The notes under the pieces were generated by a model. That model saw only the letters and a program-made list of their open reading frames with translations. It was not told the DNA's origin and ran no database searches. Below are positions 38,851 to 49,559 of a stretch of 64,000 nt of DNA, piece after piece (position 1 is the first letter of the stretch; the number at the start of each line of letters is the position of its first letter). Origin of the DNA: Desulfonatronovibrionaceae bacterium. Lineage in GTDB: Bacteria; Desulfobacterota; Desulfovibrionia; Desulfovibrionales; Desulfonatronovibrionaceae. The position numbers and the translations under genes were made by a program. The stretch lies in contig JBKHGE010000001.1 of the NCBI GenBank assembly GCA_046539845.1, positions 1 to 64,000 of the forward strand, in the 5' to 3' direction.

Positions 38851-39459
38851 TTACTTTTTCTTGTCCTCTTCCATTTCCTCCGGAGTGAGTGAACGATAGA
38901 CCAAAAGCCTTGCGTCCGCGGAGAGGATAATTTTTTCAGCATCTTTTTCCCCTTGGGGAGAGAAGCGGACGCTTTCCAAGTCCACCAGTCGGTCCAGCCT
39001 GGACAGGCGGTCAAAATAGCGCATCAGATTATAAAAAGTCCCCTCCAGCTGCAGCTGTACACTGCGCTGGGCATAAAAATCCTTTTTGTTTCCCCCCCCG
39101 GGTTTGAACAGGATAAATTCCACTCCCTGGTCGTTGCCTAGCTTTTCAAAAGAGGCCAAAAGGCGCTCTAGGGCCTGAGCGTCCTGGGGCAAAAGGCGCT
39201 TGGCGTAGGCGAACTCCTGTCGCTTGGCCTTGAGTTCTTTTTCCCTTTCTTCCAGATTATCCGCTATCTTCCTGTTTTCCCGGATATCCTTTTTCAGTTT
39301 GCGGATATCCTTTTCCAGACCAGCGGCCTTGTCCATCTTCGGGCTCAGCAGAAAATACCATCCGCCTCCCAGGACCAGGCCCAAAGAAACGAACAGAATA
39401 AGGAGCCTGTGCAGGGGGGTAAGCTGTTCCAGCTGTTCAAAAAGAGATCTCTTGGCCAT
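38851..39459 (-). CDS. pilO: Type IV pilus assembly protein PilO
   Basis: TM plus coiled coil, LLP, EGTFYNLMRYFD..RLV; operon order. Confidence 0.88.
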   Translation of the reverse strand: MAKRSLFEQLEQLTPLHRLLILFVSLGLVLGGGWYFLLSPKMDKAAGLEKDIRKLKKDIRENRKIADNLEEREKELKAKRQEFAYAKRLLPQDAQALERLLASFEKLGNDQGVEFILFKPGGGNKKDFYAQRSVQLQLEGTFYNLMRYFDRLSRLDRLVDLESVRFSPQGEKDAEKIILSADARLLVYRSLTPEEMEEDKKK

Positions 39460-40031
39460 CAGCTGTCCTCTTTTTCCTCTTCTGTTGGAGCCGCAGCCTC
39501 AATCCTGAACTGAAAACTGATAAAGTCATGCCCCTGGATACTTTCCCGGGAGGTCTCCTGAGTCACTACCTGCCGGATGTGGCTCGCCTGTCGAAGCACT
39601 TTCACATAATCCGCAAAGGATTGGTTATCCAAAGCCACTCCGCTAATTGAAATCCGCCCGTTATTGTCCAGTGCAAAGGATTCAAACCAGATCCTGGAAG
39701 CAGGCAGGGCCTCTACGATCTGGTTGACGTACACCACCGGGAGCCCCTGCCTCTTCCGGATGTCGCGGATAACTGCTATCTTGTCCTGCAGGGCGTCCAC
39801 CTCTTTTTGCAGGTCCTTTACTTTGCTTACCCTTATCTCCAGCCTCTTGTACTCGTTTTTCAAAGAGGTCTTTTTGTTCTCCAGCTCGGAAACATTCCCG
39901 GCCAACCAGAAATTGGCTCCCAGGACCGCAACCAAAGCAAGGATCGCCAAAACGGCAATCGCGGTCATCTGCTTTGCGCTGTTGGAGACCCTGGATCTGC
40001 TTTGCTGAGGTAATAAATTGATCTTGATCAT
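39459..40031 (-). CDS. pilN: Type IV pilus assembly protein PilN
   Basis: MIKINLLP motif. Confidence 0.92.
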   Translation of the reverse strand: MIKINLLPQQSRSRVSNSAKQMTAIAVLAILALVAVLGANFWLAGNVSELENKKTSLKNEYKRLEIRVSKVKDLQKEVDALQDKIAVIRDIRKRQGLPVVYVNQIVEALPASRIWFESFALDNNGRISISGVALDNQSFADYVKVLRQASHIRQVVTQETSRESIQGHDFISFQFRIEAAAPTEEEKEDS

Positions 40032-40079
40032 TTTCTACTCATTAATATGGCCGTCCGCGCAGGAATGCAGGGCAAACAT

Positions 40080-41135
40080 TTATATCACCCCGCGCAGCCC
40101 CAGGCCGGTGGCAACAGCAAACTGGGGAGCCACGGATTTGATATACTTGAAGTCAAACCTGTTGGAGTCCACAGCTATCTGTCGCCAGGGGTCGAACCTC
40201 TCCACTTCCAGTTCCAGACCCGCGGCCATCGCTTTCCTTAGACCCGGAAGCAGGCTGCCGCCTCCGGAAAGCATCAGCTTCTTGGCCGGCTCCGCCTCGG
40301 GCATAGAGTTCAGGTAAAAGCCGACCAGCCTCTTGACCTCGGAACTCCATCCCTCAAACAGAGACTGGAGCTTGTCCTGTACAGCGGATTTCTGGTCCTC
40401 AGTCAAGCCGTCCGGACCCTCCAGCTTTATCTTTTCTGCTTCACTCCTGTTCAGGTTCAGGGCCCCGGCCAGTGCATCGGTCACATGCCGACCGCCCACG
40501 TTCATCTCCCGGAAAAACAGGGGCTGGTTCTGCCAGTAGACGCAAAAAACACTCTGCTGCCCCCCAATATCCCATAGATACACCGGGGCATCAGTGTAAT
40601 CCGGATAGTTGTACTCAAAGCAGTTGCTCAGGGCAAAGGCATCGACATCAACAACATTCAAAGACAAACCAGCCTTTTCCAGGACCCCGATCAAATCCTG
40701 GACTACCTTTTTTTTGCTGGCCACGAGCATGACATCGAGATTCTTGCCTTCCGGCTCCTCCTTCATGACCTGGTAATCCAGATACACGTCGTTGATATCA
40801 AAGGGGATGTACTGCTTGGCCTGTTCCTGAACGTTCGCGGCCATATCCTTTTGCGAGGCCCGGTCAAACAGAACGCGCTTGACAATGACCGCATGCCCGG
40901 CCATGGAGGAGACCACTACCCTGTCCTTTAAATCCAGCGCCTCCCACAGGGAACGTATCCGACCGCCCATGGCCGCGGGTTTCTCCAACTCCTTGGGCTG
41001 CCAGGCCATGCGTCCCACGGATTCCAGCGAAACCCTTCTCCGCTTTACCGCGAGCTTGGCCACCTTGCCCCAGGAGCTGCCTATGTCCACTCCGCACTTG
41101 GGGCTTTGCTGTTTGCGTAAAGTTATCAGTGTCAC
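40080..41135 (-). CDS. pilM: Type IV pilus assembly protein PilM
   Basis: GVDIGSS, QYIPFDI..VYLDY, DVDAFAL, LSGGGS, VATGLGLR. Confidence 0.92.
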   Translation of the reverse strand: MTLITLRKQQSPKCGVDIGSSWGKVAKLAVKRRRVSLESVGRMAWQPKELEKPAAMGGRIRSLWEALDLKDRVVVSSMAGHAVIVKRVLFDRASQKDMAANVQEQAKQYIPFDINDVYLDYQVMKEEPEGKNLDVMLVASKKKVVQDLIGVLEKAGLSLNVVDVDAFALSNCFEYNYPDYTDAPVYLWDIGGQQSVFCVYWQNQPLFFREMNVGGRHVTDALAGALNLNRSEAEKIKLEGPDGLTEDQKSAVQDKLQSLFEGWSSEVKRLVGFYLNSMPEAEPAKKLMLSGGGSLLPGLRKAMAAGLELEVERFDPWRQIAVDSNRFDFKYIKSVAPQFAVATGLGLRGVI

Positions 41136-41141
41136 TGCTTT

Positions 41142-41579
41142 TTATGGCCTAATGGTTAAAACAGGCATCCTGGCGCTTTTGACCACTTTCTCCGCCACCG
41201 AACCGAAAAGGACCCGGTCGATGCCTTTCCTCCCGTGTGTACCCATTATTATCATATCCATTTCCTTGTTTTCCGCATAATCCAGGATCTCTTCCGCAGC
41301 ATAACCGCTCACCACGTCCCCATCAACCTGAACCCCTTCGAAATTCTCCTGGACAAAGGACTCCATGCTTTTTTCCGCTCCGGTGACAATTTCTCCGACA
41401 AAATTCTCTATGGATGCGGGCGGGACGTGAAAGCCCACATACTGGGACAGGCTTGGGGCCACATAAAGGACCTTGACACTCGCCTGCAGCGACTTAGCTA
41501 AGTATTGAGTGTAAGCAGCCACTTTGGTGCTCATCTCTGAAAAATCCACAGCGCACAGGATGTGTTTTATGTCCTTCAT
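41142..41579 (-). CDS. Universal stress protein
   Basis: ILCAVDFS, MGTHGRKG..FGSVAEKVV. Confidence 0.92.
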   Translation of the reverse strand: MKDIKHILCAVDFSEMSTKVAAYTQYLAKSLQASVKVLYVAPSLSQYVGFHVPPASIENFVGEIVTGAEKSMESFVQENFEGVQVDGDVVSGYAAEEILDYAENKEMDMIIMGTHGRKGIDRVLFGSVAEKVVKSARMPVLTIRP

Positions 41580-41699
41580 GACATCCTCCTTTTAAGATAA
41601 TTAGTATATTAAGCCTCATGCCAAACTAATGTCAAATAAACAAGGGATTTTATAAAAAAATTATTTTTTCTTTAATCTGGACAATAAAAGGAGGTCAAA

Positions 41700-41900
41700 A
41701 TGCCTATTTACGAATACCAGTGTACGCAGTGCGGACACGAATTCGAAGAACTGATCCAACCCGGGGACAACCAACCGCAATGCCCGTGTTGCGGGGCTGA
41801 AAAAACTGTCAAAAAAATGTCGACCTGCGCTCTGAAAAACAAAGGAAGCAGAGAATCCCCTGCCTGCGCCCCGAGTTCCGGCTTTTCCTGAGCAGGATGA
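41700..41900 (+). CDS. FmdB-family zinc-ribbon protein, probably with C-terminal Sec (…[11 protein letters not shown]); ends at 41891 if not recoded
   Basis: [24 protein letters not shown] 41889-41891, then GCA GGA TGA and a SECIS-like hairpin. Confidence 0.75.
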
Positions 41901-41929
41901 TTTGCGGCCCTGGAGGGGCCGCAAATCAT
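41897..41929 (+). promoter_or_regulatory. Hairpin: putative SECIS (may also act as terminator for convergent fusA)
   Basis: ATGATTTGCGGCCC[TGGAG]GGGCCGCAAATCAT, 14-bp stem, loop 19 nt after UGA. Confidence 0.65.
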
Positions 41930-41939
41930 TCCCTGGCGG

Positions 41940-43994
41940 TCAAAAATCAGCCGCGTCAAAGCGGTCGAATTTCATAATCAGGGTGGCCCTACCCTGAGTG
42001 GCTGAGCGCAGCTCAGTGGTAAACCCGAACATATTCTTGAGCGGGGTAAAGGCCTGGATGACCTTTTCTCCGCTCACGCGCTCGAACATATTGTCCACCC
42101 GCGCGCCCTTGCTGCCTAAAAGCCCCATGCATTCGCCTACAAATTCCTCCGGGGAGTGGATCTCCACCCACATAATGGGCTCCAAAAGCACTGGACCGGC
42201 CTCTTTTAGGGCCGCTTTCAACGCAGTGATGGCTGCCATGCGGTAACCCACCTCTGATCCGCCCTCGCTCACCGCAATCAACTCCTGGACAGCGACCGCC
42301 AGATCGTGAACTGGATAGCCCTTGAGCACCCCGGCCTGCAGGCCGTCCTGTATACCGCTGAAAACAGAGTCTTGTATTTTGCGGCTGAATCCCTCGGTAT
42401 CGCAGGCAAAGTAAATATTGACTCCGGAAGATCTGGGCCTTGGTTCCACCTGCAGGCGGACCGCCCCAGCATGGAATTTTTCTCCCAGTTCGCGGGCAAA
42501 GGATCTCTCCGCGGCAGCCGTTTCCCGGATGGTCTCCTGATATACAACCTGGGGATTACCGGACCGGAAATTAACCTCAAAATCGCGGCGGATGCGGTTG
42601 GTCACCACCTCCAGATGCAACTCCCCCATCCCGGAGAGGATAATTTGTTCGGTATCTTTGTTTCTTTCCACGCTCAGGGTAGGGTCTTCCTGGATCAGTC
42701 GATCCAAGGCCTCCAGGAGCTTGTCCTCCTGCTCACTGTTCTGCGGCTCCAAAGCCTGGGATATGACCGGCTTATACCGGCTTATCCGCTCCAGGATAAT
42801 CTGGTCTTGGTATGAACACAGGGTATCCCCGGTACTGGTATCTTTCAGACCGGCAACAGCAACTATCTGACCGGCAACAGCCAGATCGGTCTTTTCCTTG
42901 CGCTCGGCATGCAGAAAAAATAATCTGGATACCCGCTGTTTTAACCCTTGGGTGGCATTGTAAATTTCCTGTCCCGGTTCGATCTCTCCGGCATAGATTC
43001 GAAGCAAAACCATTTTCCGTCCGGTCTCCATGGTTATCTTGAAGGCCAGGCAGACCAGCGGATCCTTTCGGGAATGCCCCACTTCTTTTTTTGTCTTGGT
43101 CTCGGGGTCGATACCGGATATTTGGGGGACATCAGAGGGGGAGGGCAAATAAGCGCAGATTGCGTCCATAACCGGCTGCACTCCGGTATTTTTCAAGGCG
43201 GAGCAGGCCAGAACTGGCACGCACTCCAACCGGAGGCAGGCCTTCCTAAACTCGGATCTGATCATCTCCGGGCCGATCTCCTTGCCTTCGAGATATGACT
43301 CCATCAACTCGTCACTGAAGTCGGCCAAGCCTTCTATGACAATATTTCTCCATTGCAGGACCAACTCCTCTTCCTGACTCTCCAGCCCCTGGACTTCATA
43401 GCGTGCCCCGTATTCCGCCTGATCATAGATGTATTTTTTGCCTTCCAAAACGTCAGCAACCGCGTAAAAATCCTCCCCCTGGCCCAGGGGGACCTGCACC
43501 GGCAGGGGCACTATACTCAACTTTTCCCGCATGGACCTAATAGCCCCCTCAAAATCGGCTCCCACCCGGTCCATTTTATTCACAATTGCGATCTTGGGGA
43601 TATGGTACTTGACCGACTGTTTCCATACCGTCTCGCTCTGAGGCTCAACCCCACCCACGGCACAAAACACACCCACGGCCCCGTCCAGGACACGCAGGGC
43701 CCGGTCCACCTCAATGGTAAAATCCACGTGTCCCGGGGTGTCGATAATATTTACGGTGTGTCCCCTCCAATCACAGGTGGTACAGGCCGAGCCGATGGTA
43801 ATCCCCCTTTCCTGCTCGTCCGGGAGATAGTCCATGGTGGCTGTGCCTTCATGCACCTCACCCAGCCTGTGGATCCGCCGCGAATAGTAGAGCATCCTTT
43901 CGGTAAGCGTGGTCTTTCCGGCATCGATATGAGCTATGACCCCTATATTGCGGATCTTTTGCAGATAATCTGCCTTTAAAGAGGATCGATCCAT
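41940..43994 (-). CDS. fusA: Elongation factor G paralog
   Basis: [36 protein letters not shown]; not next to rpsL/rpsG/tuf. Confidence 0.9.
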   Translation of the reverse strand: MDRSSLKADYLQKIRNIGVIAHIDAGKTTLTERMLYYSRRIHRLGEVHEGTATMDYLPDEQERGITIGSACTTCDWRGHTVNIIDTPGHVDFTIEVDRALRVLDGAVGVFCAVGGVEPQSETVWKQSVKYHIPKIAIVNKMDRVGADFEGAIRSMREKLSIVPLPVQVPLGQGEDFYAVADVLEGKKYIYDQAEYGARYEVQGLESQEEELVLQWRNIVIEGLADFSDELMESYLEGKEIGPEMIRSEFRKACLRLECVPVLACSALKNTGVQPVMDAICAYLPSPSDVPQISGIDPETKTKKEVGHSRKDPLVCLAFKITMETGRKMVLLRIYAGEIEPGQEIYNATQGLKQRVSRLFFLHAERKEKTDLAVAGQIVAVAGLKDTSTGDTLCSYQDQIILERISRYKPVISQALEPQNSEQEDKLLEALDRLIQEDPTLSVERNKDTEQIILSGMGELHLEVVTNRIRRDFEVNFRSGNPQVVYQETIRETAAAERSFARELGEKFHAGAVRLQVEPRPRSSGVNIYFACDTEGFSRKIQDSVFSGIQDGLQAGVLKGYPVHDLAVAVQELIAVSEGGSEVGYRMAAITALKAALKEAGPVLLEPIMWVEIHSPEEFVGECMGLLGSKGARVDNMFERVSGEKVIQAFTPLKNMFGFTTELRSATQGRATLIMKFDRFDAADF

Positions 43995-44821
43995 TGGTTC
44001 TCCTTGTCCGCTGTATTACGGGTCAACCGCGCCGCGGCCGGCTGCAGAAAGTCAAGAATCTCCGGCCAGAGCCAGGTTCTTTCCATCCCCGGCCCCAGTC
44101 CCAGCCAGGCCCGGACGCAATCGCGAAGCACTTTAGCCGGGGCGTAGACCACGTCATGGTCCAGCCGGGTAAACTCGCTTTTGGAGGAAACTTTTGCACC
44201 TTCCATGCCGTTCGGAGAATAGACAAAAAATTCTATATCCGGATGCAGGTCAGTAAGGACCCGGCAGTCAATTGCAGAACCCGGCTCCTGCCATATTCCG
44301 GCCCGCATATTTCTGGGTTCGGTCCAGACTTTACAGTTCGGAATGCCGGCTGCCTGCCGGTCCGCGACCCGGCCCAATTCCACCCGGACTTTTGAAAAAG
44401 ATGCCTCTCCCGGGGCCGGAAGTTCGCTGTCTGCAGGCAAAAAATATACCTCCTCCACTCCGCAGAGTTCCAGTGCAGCCAGAATCCAGGGGCTGGTTTG
44501 CTCACCGTCCTGGACCAGGGCCCGTATCTCCCTGACTCCGCAGCAGACAGCCGGGACCGCGGCCGCCAGTAGCCTAGGATAGGAAACATACCCTTGACCG
44601 ATGAGCAAATCAAGGCTGGGAACAGGGCGTCTCAGGCGGAATAAGCCTTGACCGCTCTCCGGATTCAGGGTGCTTTTGCCCTGGATGCGGCCGCTAGGGG
44701 CATAGAAGTAATACAATCCGGCTAGTGCCTGCTTTATCAGGGCCCGGCCGTATTCGCCCACCGCTTCATAGGCCCGGCCCATGAGTTCATCGCTGGCCGG
44801 TGTCAATTGTGATCTGCCCAT
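43976..44821 (-). CDS. Hypothetical protein (weak resemblance to part of the histidinol dehydrogenase fold)
   Basis: Fills gap between comM and fusA with SD; LLAAAVPAVCCGV..ILAALELCGVEEVY. Confidence 0.6.
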   Translation of the reverse strand: MGRSQLTPASDELMGRAYEAVGEYGRALIKQALAGLYYFYAPSGRIQGKSTLNPESGQGLFRLRRPVPSLDLLIGQGYVSYPRLLAAAVPAVCCGVREIRALVQDGEQTSPWILAALELCGVEEVYFLPADSELPAPGEASFSKVRVELGRVADRQAAGIPNCKVWTEPRNMRAGIWQEPGSAIDCRVLTDLHPDIEFFVYSPNGMEGAKVSSKSEFTRLDHDVVYAPAKVLRDCVRAWLGLGPGMERTWLWPEILDFLQPAAARLTRNTADKENQWIDPL

Positions 44822-44844
44822 AGCCTCTGCCCCCGCCTTTTAGT

Positions 44845-46386
44845 TTAAAAATAGCCCTGTGCTTGCCGGTCCAGACCCCGGTAGTTTATGGCCTCGGAGA
44901 GGTGGGCGGCTTGGATGTCCTTTTCCCCGGCCAGATCAGCAATAGTCCTGGATATGCGCATGATCCGGGTATGGGCCCGGGCGGAAAGCCCCAGGCTTTT
45001 GACCGCCTTTTCCAAAAAAGCGTGTTCCCTGTCCCCTATCCGGCAGAATTCGGAAAGCCACTTCCCGGAGAGTTCACTATTGGTCATAAGCGGGAGGTCC
45101 TTATAGCGTTCGGTCTGGATACTGCGGGCCTGGTTCACACTGTCCCTGATCTCTTTAGAACTTTTGGCCCCCATCTCCTGGCGCAGGTCCTTGTACGGCA
45201 CAGCAGGCACTTCAATATGCAGATCTATCCGGTCCAGAAGGGGGCCGGACAGCCGGGCCCGGTAGCGCTGGATCTGGGTGGGCGTACAGGTGCAGGGATG
45301 GGTCTCGCTCCCCAAATAGCCGCAGGGACAGGGGTTCATGGCCGCCACCAGGACAAAAGAAGCCGGATAGGAAAGAGAAGTTGCGGCCCGGGATATGGTC
45401 ACCGTCCCGTCTTCAAGCGGCTGACGCAGGACTTCCAGGACGTGCTTTTTAAATTCCGGCAGCTCGTCCAGAAAAAGCACACCCCGGTGGGCCAGAGATA
45501 CTTCTCCGGGCCTGGGGTAGTGTCCGCCGCCGATGAGCCCGGCATCTGAGATGGTGTGATGCGGGGAGCGGAACGGCCGGGCCACTAGCATGGGTGTGCT
45601 CGGGGCAAGCATACCAGAGACGCTGTATATCTTGGTCACCTCCAGGGCCTCATCAAAATTGAGCGGTGGCAGAACAGTAGGCATGCGTTTGGCAAGCATG
45701 GTCTTGCCGCTTCCCGGCGGACCAAGAAAAAGCAAATTGTGATTCCCGGCTGAGGCAATTTCAACTGCCCGCTTAGCGTGGTCTTGCCCCTTTACTTCGC
45801 TGAAGTCCTCAAAGAAATCTTCCCGTGAATCCCAGAGGGCGTTTAGATCAAGGTCAACCGGCGGGATACGGACCTCGCCCTTGAAAAACCGGATGGCCTG
45901 GGCCAGATTGGAGAGACTGATGATTGCCGGGCCGCGGACAACCGCTGCCTCGGTGCTATTTTCCTCGGGCAGGGCCAGACTTAAATTCCCATTGTCTCTG
46001 GCGCATACGGCCATGGGCAGGGCGCCGTTGACCGGTTTCAACTTCCCGGTCAAAGACAACTCCCCGGCGACAATAAAACCGGATAGGGCCGCGGGGTCGA
46101 ACTCTTTGCAGGCAGCCAAAAGCCCCAGGGCCAGGGGCAGGTCGTAGGCGCTTCCCTCCTTGCGCACGTCCGCCGGGGCCAAATTAATGGTGATCCGGGC
46201 CGGGGGCAGTTTGAAACCGTTGTTTTTGAGTGCGGAAAACACACGTTCCTTGCTCTCCCGGACCGCTCCCTCAGGCAGACCGACCATGGTAAAGGCCGGC
46301 ATGCCAGAACGGGCAAAATCGACCTCGATGTCCACACGGAATGCGTCTATACCCAGCAATGCGGCGGTGCTTACCCGGGAAACCAT
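44845..46386 (-). CDS. comM: YifB/ComM Mg-chelatase-like AAA+ ATPase
   Basis: INLAPAD..KEG..YDLP, GPPGSGKT, RSPHH, LDELPEF, AMNPCPCG. Confidence 0.93.
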   Translation of the reverse strand: MVSRVSTAALLGIDAFRVDIEVDFARSGMPAFTMVGLPEGAVRESKERVFSALKNNGFKLPPARITINLAPADVRKEGSAYDLPLALGLLAACKEFDPAALSGFIVAGELSLTGKLKPVNGALPMAVCARDNGNLSLALPEENSTEAAVVRGPAIISLSNLAQAIRFFKGEVRIPPVDLDLNALWDSREDFFEDFSEVKGQDHAKRAVEIASAGNHNLLFLGPPGSGKTMLAKRMPTVLPPLNFDEALEVTKIYSVSGMLAPSTPMLVARPFRSPHHTISDAGLIGGGHYPRPGEVSLAHRGVLFLDELPEFKKHVLEVLRQPLEDGTVTISRAATSLSYPASFVLVAAMNPCPCGYLGSETHPCTCTPTQIQRYRARLSGPLLDRIDLHIEVPAVPYKDLRQEMGAKSSKEIRDSVNQARSIQTERYKDLPLMTNSELSGKWLSEFCRIGDREHAFLEKAVKSLGLSARAHTRIMRISRTIADLAGEKDIQAAHLSEAINYRGLDRQAQGYF

Positions 46387-46392
46387 ATCCTC

Positions 46393-46992
46393 TTACTGCA
46401 CTGTGTCTCCGATCCGGGACCATCGTATATCATCAAATCCACGCCAGGACCAGTAGATCACCCACGAACGCCCCAGGATCTTGTTTCTGTCCACACATCC
46501 CCAGAACCGGGAATCATATGATTCGTCCCGATTGTCCCCCATAACGAAATATTTGCCCTCCGGGACCGTGACCGGATCCATATTGTCCCTATGGGGGAGG
46601 ATATGCGGGTCGGTATGCTGCACATACGGCTCATTTAACTTCTTGCCGTTCCTATATACCTGTTTTTCCTTTATTTCAATAGTATCCCCGGGGAGGCCAA
46701 TTATTCGCTTGATAAAGTCCTTAGACGGATCTTCTGGGAACTCAAAGACGACTATGTCCTGAAACTCAGGCTCTCCGAACCTGACTATAAACATGTCCGT
46801 AAACGGGATCCTGAGCCCGTAGCTGAACTTGTTCACCAGCAGGTGATCGCCGATCTTCAGGGTGGAAAGCATGGATCCGGACGGGATCTTGAAGGCCTGA
46901 ACCACAAAGGAACGAATAAAAAAGGCCAGGACCAGGGCGATGATCAGGGCCTCACCGTAATCCTTGAGCACCTTGTGCCAGCGTGGGTTCAT
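46393..46992 (-). CDS. lepB: Signal peptidase I
   Basis: IPSGSM, FIKRIIGLPGD, GDNRDESYDSR. Confidence 0.95.
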   Translation of the reverse strand: MNPRWHKVLKDYGEALIIALVLAFFIRSFVVQAFKIPSGSMLSTLKIGDHLLVNKFSYGLRIPFTDMFIVRFGEPEFQDIVVFEFPEDPSKDFIKRIIGLPGDTIEIKEKQVYRNGKKLNEPYVQHTDPHILPHRDNMDPVTVPEGKYFVMGDNRDESYDSRFWGCVDRNKILGRSWVIYWSWRGFDDIRWSRIGDTVQ

Positions 46993-47165
46993 CTATGTTT
47001 ATCCTTGGCTAGAGGTTTGGCTCGTTTATTGGCAGATAAAGACCCCGGCTCCGGAGGCAAAAAGCTGTGGCTCCCTATCCCGGCCGGTAGCCCGGGGTAC
47101 GTTTTATCCTGACTGTCCGCCTTTGCTTCGTGATCTGTTAGACACGCCCGAAAAAAATCCCTAAT

Positions 47166-48971
47166 TCACTTGTCGTCGGTCTGCAAGGCAGCAAAAAACG
47201 CTTCCTGGGGGATATCAACACTGCCCATCTTTTTCATCCTCTTTTTCCCTTTTTTCTGCCTTTCCAAAAGCTTTCTCTTTCTGGTTATGTCCCCGCCGTA
47301 ACATTTGGCGGTGACATTCTTGCGCAAAGGAGGGACCCGCTCCCGAGCGACAATCTTCTGTCCGATCGAGGCCTGGATTACCACCTCGAACAACTGCCTG
47401 GGAATCAGATTTCTCAGCTTCTGGGCCAAACTCCGGCCCTTAAAATAAGCCTTATCCCTGTGCACAATCGCGGACATGGCATCGACCTGCTCGCCGTTTA
47501 TCAGGATGTCCAGTTTCACCAGATCCGACTCTCTGAACTCCAAAATCTCGTAGTCCAGAGAGGCAAAGCCCTTGGTCACGGATTTCAGCCGATCGAAAAA
47601 GTCGAACACTATCTCGGCGAACGGCAGCTCATAGGTTATGATCACCCGGGTGGAGGTCAGATACTGCATATCCTTTTGGATGCCACGCTTTTCTTCACAC
47701 AGACTGAGCACGTTGCCCACAAACTCGTTCGGCACGTGGATCTCCAGACGTACATAAGGTTCATACACTGCCTGGATCTCCCCGGGCTCGGGCAGCATGG
47801 ACGGATTATCTATCTCCAGGGTGTTGTTTTCCGTGGTGAGCACCTGATAAACCACGGTCGGGGCGGTGGCGACCAGATCCACCTGGAACTCCCGCTCCAG
47901 CCGTTCCTGGATGATCTCCATATGCAAGAGCCCCAGAAACCCGCACCTAAAACCAAAGCCCAAGGCCTGAGAGCTCTCAGCCTCAAAATACAAAGCCGAA
48001 TCATTGAGCTGGAGTTTCTCCAATGCCCCGCGCAAGGAGTCGAATTCAGCAGACTCAATGGGATACAGGCCACAGAAAACCATGGGCTTGGCCTTCTTGA
48101 AGTCCGGATAGGGATTGGGGGTAGGTTGGGCCGGATGGGTGATGGTGTCCCCGACCCGGGCGTCCTTTATTTCCTTCAGACCGGCGCAAAGGAAGCCCAC
48201 CTCGCCCGCCTGCAGGACCCGGACGTCTTTGGGCTCCGGCGCGAAAACCCCGAGCTTGGTGACTTCATATTTTTTTTTGTTCGAACACATCATGATCGGC
48301 TGACCCATCTCCAGGCTGCCATCCAGGATACGGAAAAGGACTACCACGCCCATATAAGGATCATACCAGGAGTCGAAAATAAGGGCCTTGAGCGGATCTT
48401 CGTCCCTGCCGCGGGGCGGAGGGATAAAACGGATCAGCTTCTCCATGAGTTCGGCAACGCCTTTCCCGGTCTTGGCGCTGACCAAAGTGATGTCCGAGCA
48501 ATCCAGACCTACCACCTCCTCTATCTCCTGGGCAATCTTCTCCGGTTCCGCGCTGGGCAGATCGATTTTGTTCAGTACCGGAAGGACCTCCAGATCATTG
48601 TCCAGAGCCAGGAACACGTTGGCCAGGGTCTGGGCCTCCACTCCCTGAGTGGCATCAATCACCAAAAGCGCCCCGTCACAGGCGGCCAGACTCCGGGACA
48701 CCTCATAAGAAAAATCCACATGCCCCGGCGTGTCTATCAGATTCAACAGGTATTCAGTCCCGTCCGCAGTCACATATGGCATGCGCACGGTCTGGGCCTT
48801 TATGGTAATACCCCTTTCCCTTTCCAGATCCATGCGGTCCAGATACTGGTCCTTTTTATCCCTGTCCTCGATAATCCCGGCCAGCTCCATTATCCGATCC
48901 GCAAGGGTTGACTTGCCGTGATCAATATGGGCTATTATACTGAAATTGCGAATTTTATACTTTCCGGGCAT
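47166..48971 (-). CDS. lepA: Elongation factor 4
   Basis: [28 protein letters not shown]. Confidence 0.97.
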   Translation of the reverse strand: MPGKYKIRNFSIIAHIDHGKSTLADRIMELAGIIEDRDKKDQYLDRMDLERERGITIKAQTVRMPYVTADGTEYLLNLIDTPGHVDFSYEVSRSLAACDGALLVIDATQGVEAQTLANVFLALDNDLEVLPVLNKIDLPSAEPEKIAQEIEEVVGLDCSDITLVSAKTGKGVAELMEKLIRFIPPPRGRDEDPLKALIFDSWYDPYMGVVVLFRILDGSLEMGQPIMMCSNKKKYEVTKLGVFAPEPKDVRVLQAGEVGFLCAGLKEIKDARVGDTITHPAQPTPNPYPDFKKAKPMVFCGLYPIESAEFDSLRGALEKLQLNDSALYFEAESSQALGFGFRCGFLGLLHMEIIQERLEREFQVDLVATAPTVVYQVLTTENNTLEIDNPSMLPEPGEIQAVYEPYVRLEIHVPNEFVGNVLSLCEEKRGIQKDMQYLTSTRVIITYELPFAEIVFDFFDRLKSVTKGFASLDYEILEFRESDLVKLDILINGEQVDAMSAIVHRDKAYFKGRSLAQKLRNLIPRQLFEVVIQASIGQKIVARERVPPLRKNVTAKCYGGDITRKRKLLERQKKGKKRMKKMGSVDIPQEAFFAALQTDDK

Positions 48972-48975
48972 ATAT

Positions 48976-49464
48976 TTATCTGGCCAATTCCTTGATTTTA
49001 TCCACGACTACAGGGATAGCGGCCTCAGCCTCCGGGCTGAGACTTTCATCCATCTGTTCCGGGATATACGCGGCCTGTATCGCGATAATCCTGACTTCGG
49101 AGCGGCTGGTCTCCTTGAGTTCTTTTAAGAGATTACTCGTCGGGAATTGGTGCATGGAAAAATCCCCGATGCGTTTGGTGTCCACTTGATCAACATCGAT
49201 TTCAAAGACCTCGCCCGGCTTGCGGTCGATTTTGCTGGTGGCATCCACGATTATGAGCAGTTCCGGCTGCTTCTCGCTTAGCAAGAGATCGAACAAAAGT
49301 GCCCGGATAGATGTGCCCGCGTCCAGTGCGGCAACATCGGACGGCAGATCCGGATCCTTGTTCAGGGTCTCCACGACGCGAGGGCCGAGGGCATCGTCCC
49401 CGAACAGGATATTGCCGCATCCGAACACCACCACCCTGGAAGCAAACATTCTGGACCAGTCCAT
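48976..49464 (-). CDS. Hydrogenase maturation endopeptidase
   Basis: [23 protein letters not shown]; downstream of large subunit gene. Confidence 0.9.
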   Translation of the reverse strand: MDWSRMFASRVVVFGCGNILFGDDALGPRVVETLNKDPDLPSDVAALDAGTSIRALLFDLLLSEKQPELLIIVDATSKIDRKPGEVFEIDVDQVDTKRIGDFSMHQFPTSNLLKELKETSRSEVRIIAIQAAYIPEQMDESLSPEAEAAIPVVVDKIKELAR

Positions 49465-49502
49465 AGTCTATAACCCGCGTTTGTCTCTGATTAAAATTAA
49501 TA

Positions 49503-49528
49503 GGGCCGCCACCTACAGGTGACGGCCC
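49503..49528 (-). terminator. Terminator-like hairpin after hydrogenase large subunit
   Basis: GGGCCGTCACCT-GT-AGGTGGCGGCCC followed by TATTAATTTT on minus strand. Confidence 0.55.
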
Positions 49529-49559
49529 CTTGTAAACCATTTGCAACCAGCTGTCTAAT

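Noticed and set aside
41898..41900. Second UGA of the FmdB gene as another Sec
   Set aside because: Only 10 nt from the hairpin loop, and read-through would run into convergent fusA; treated as the true stop
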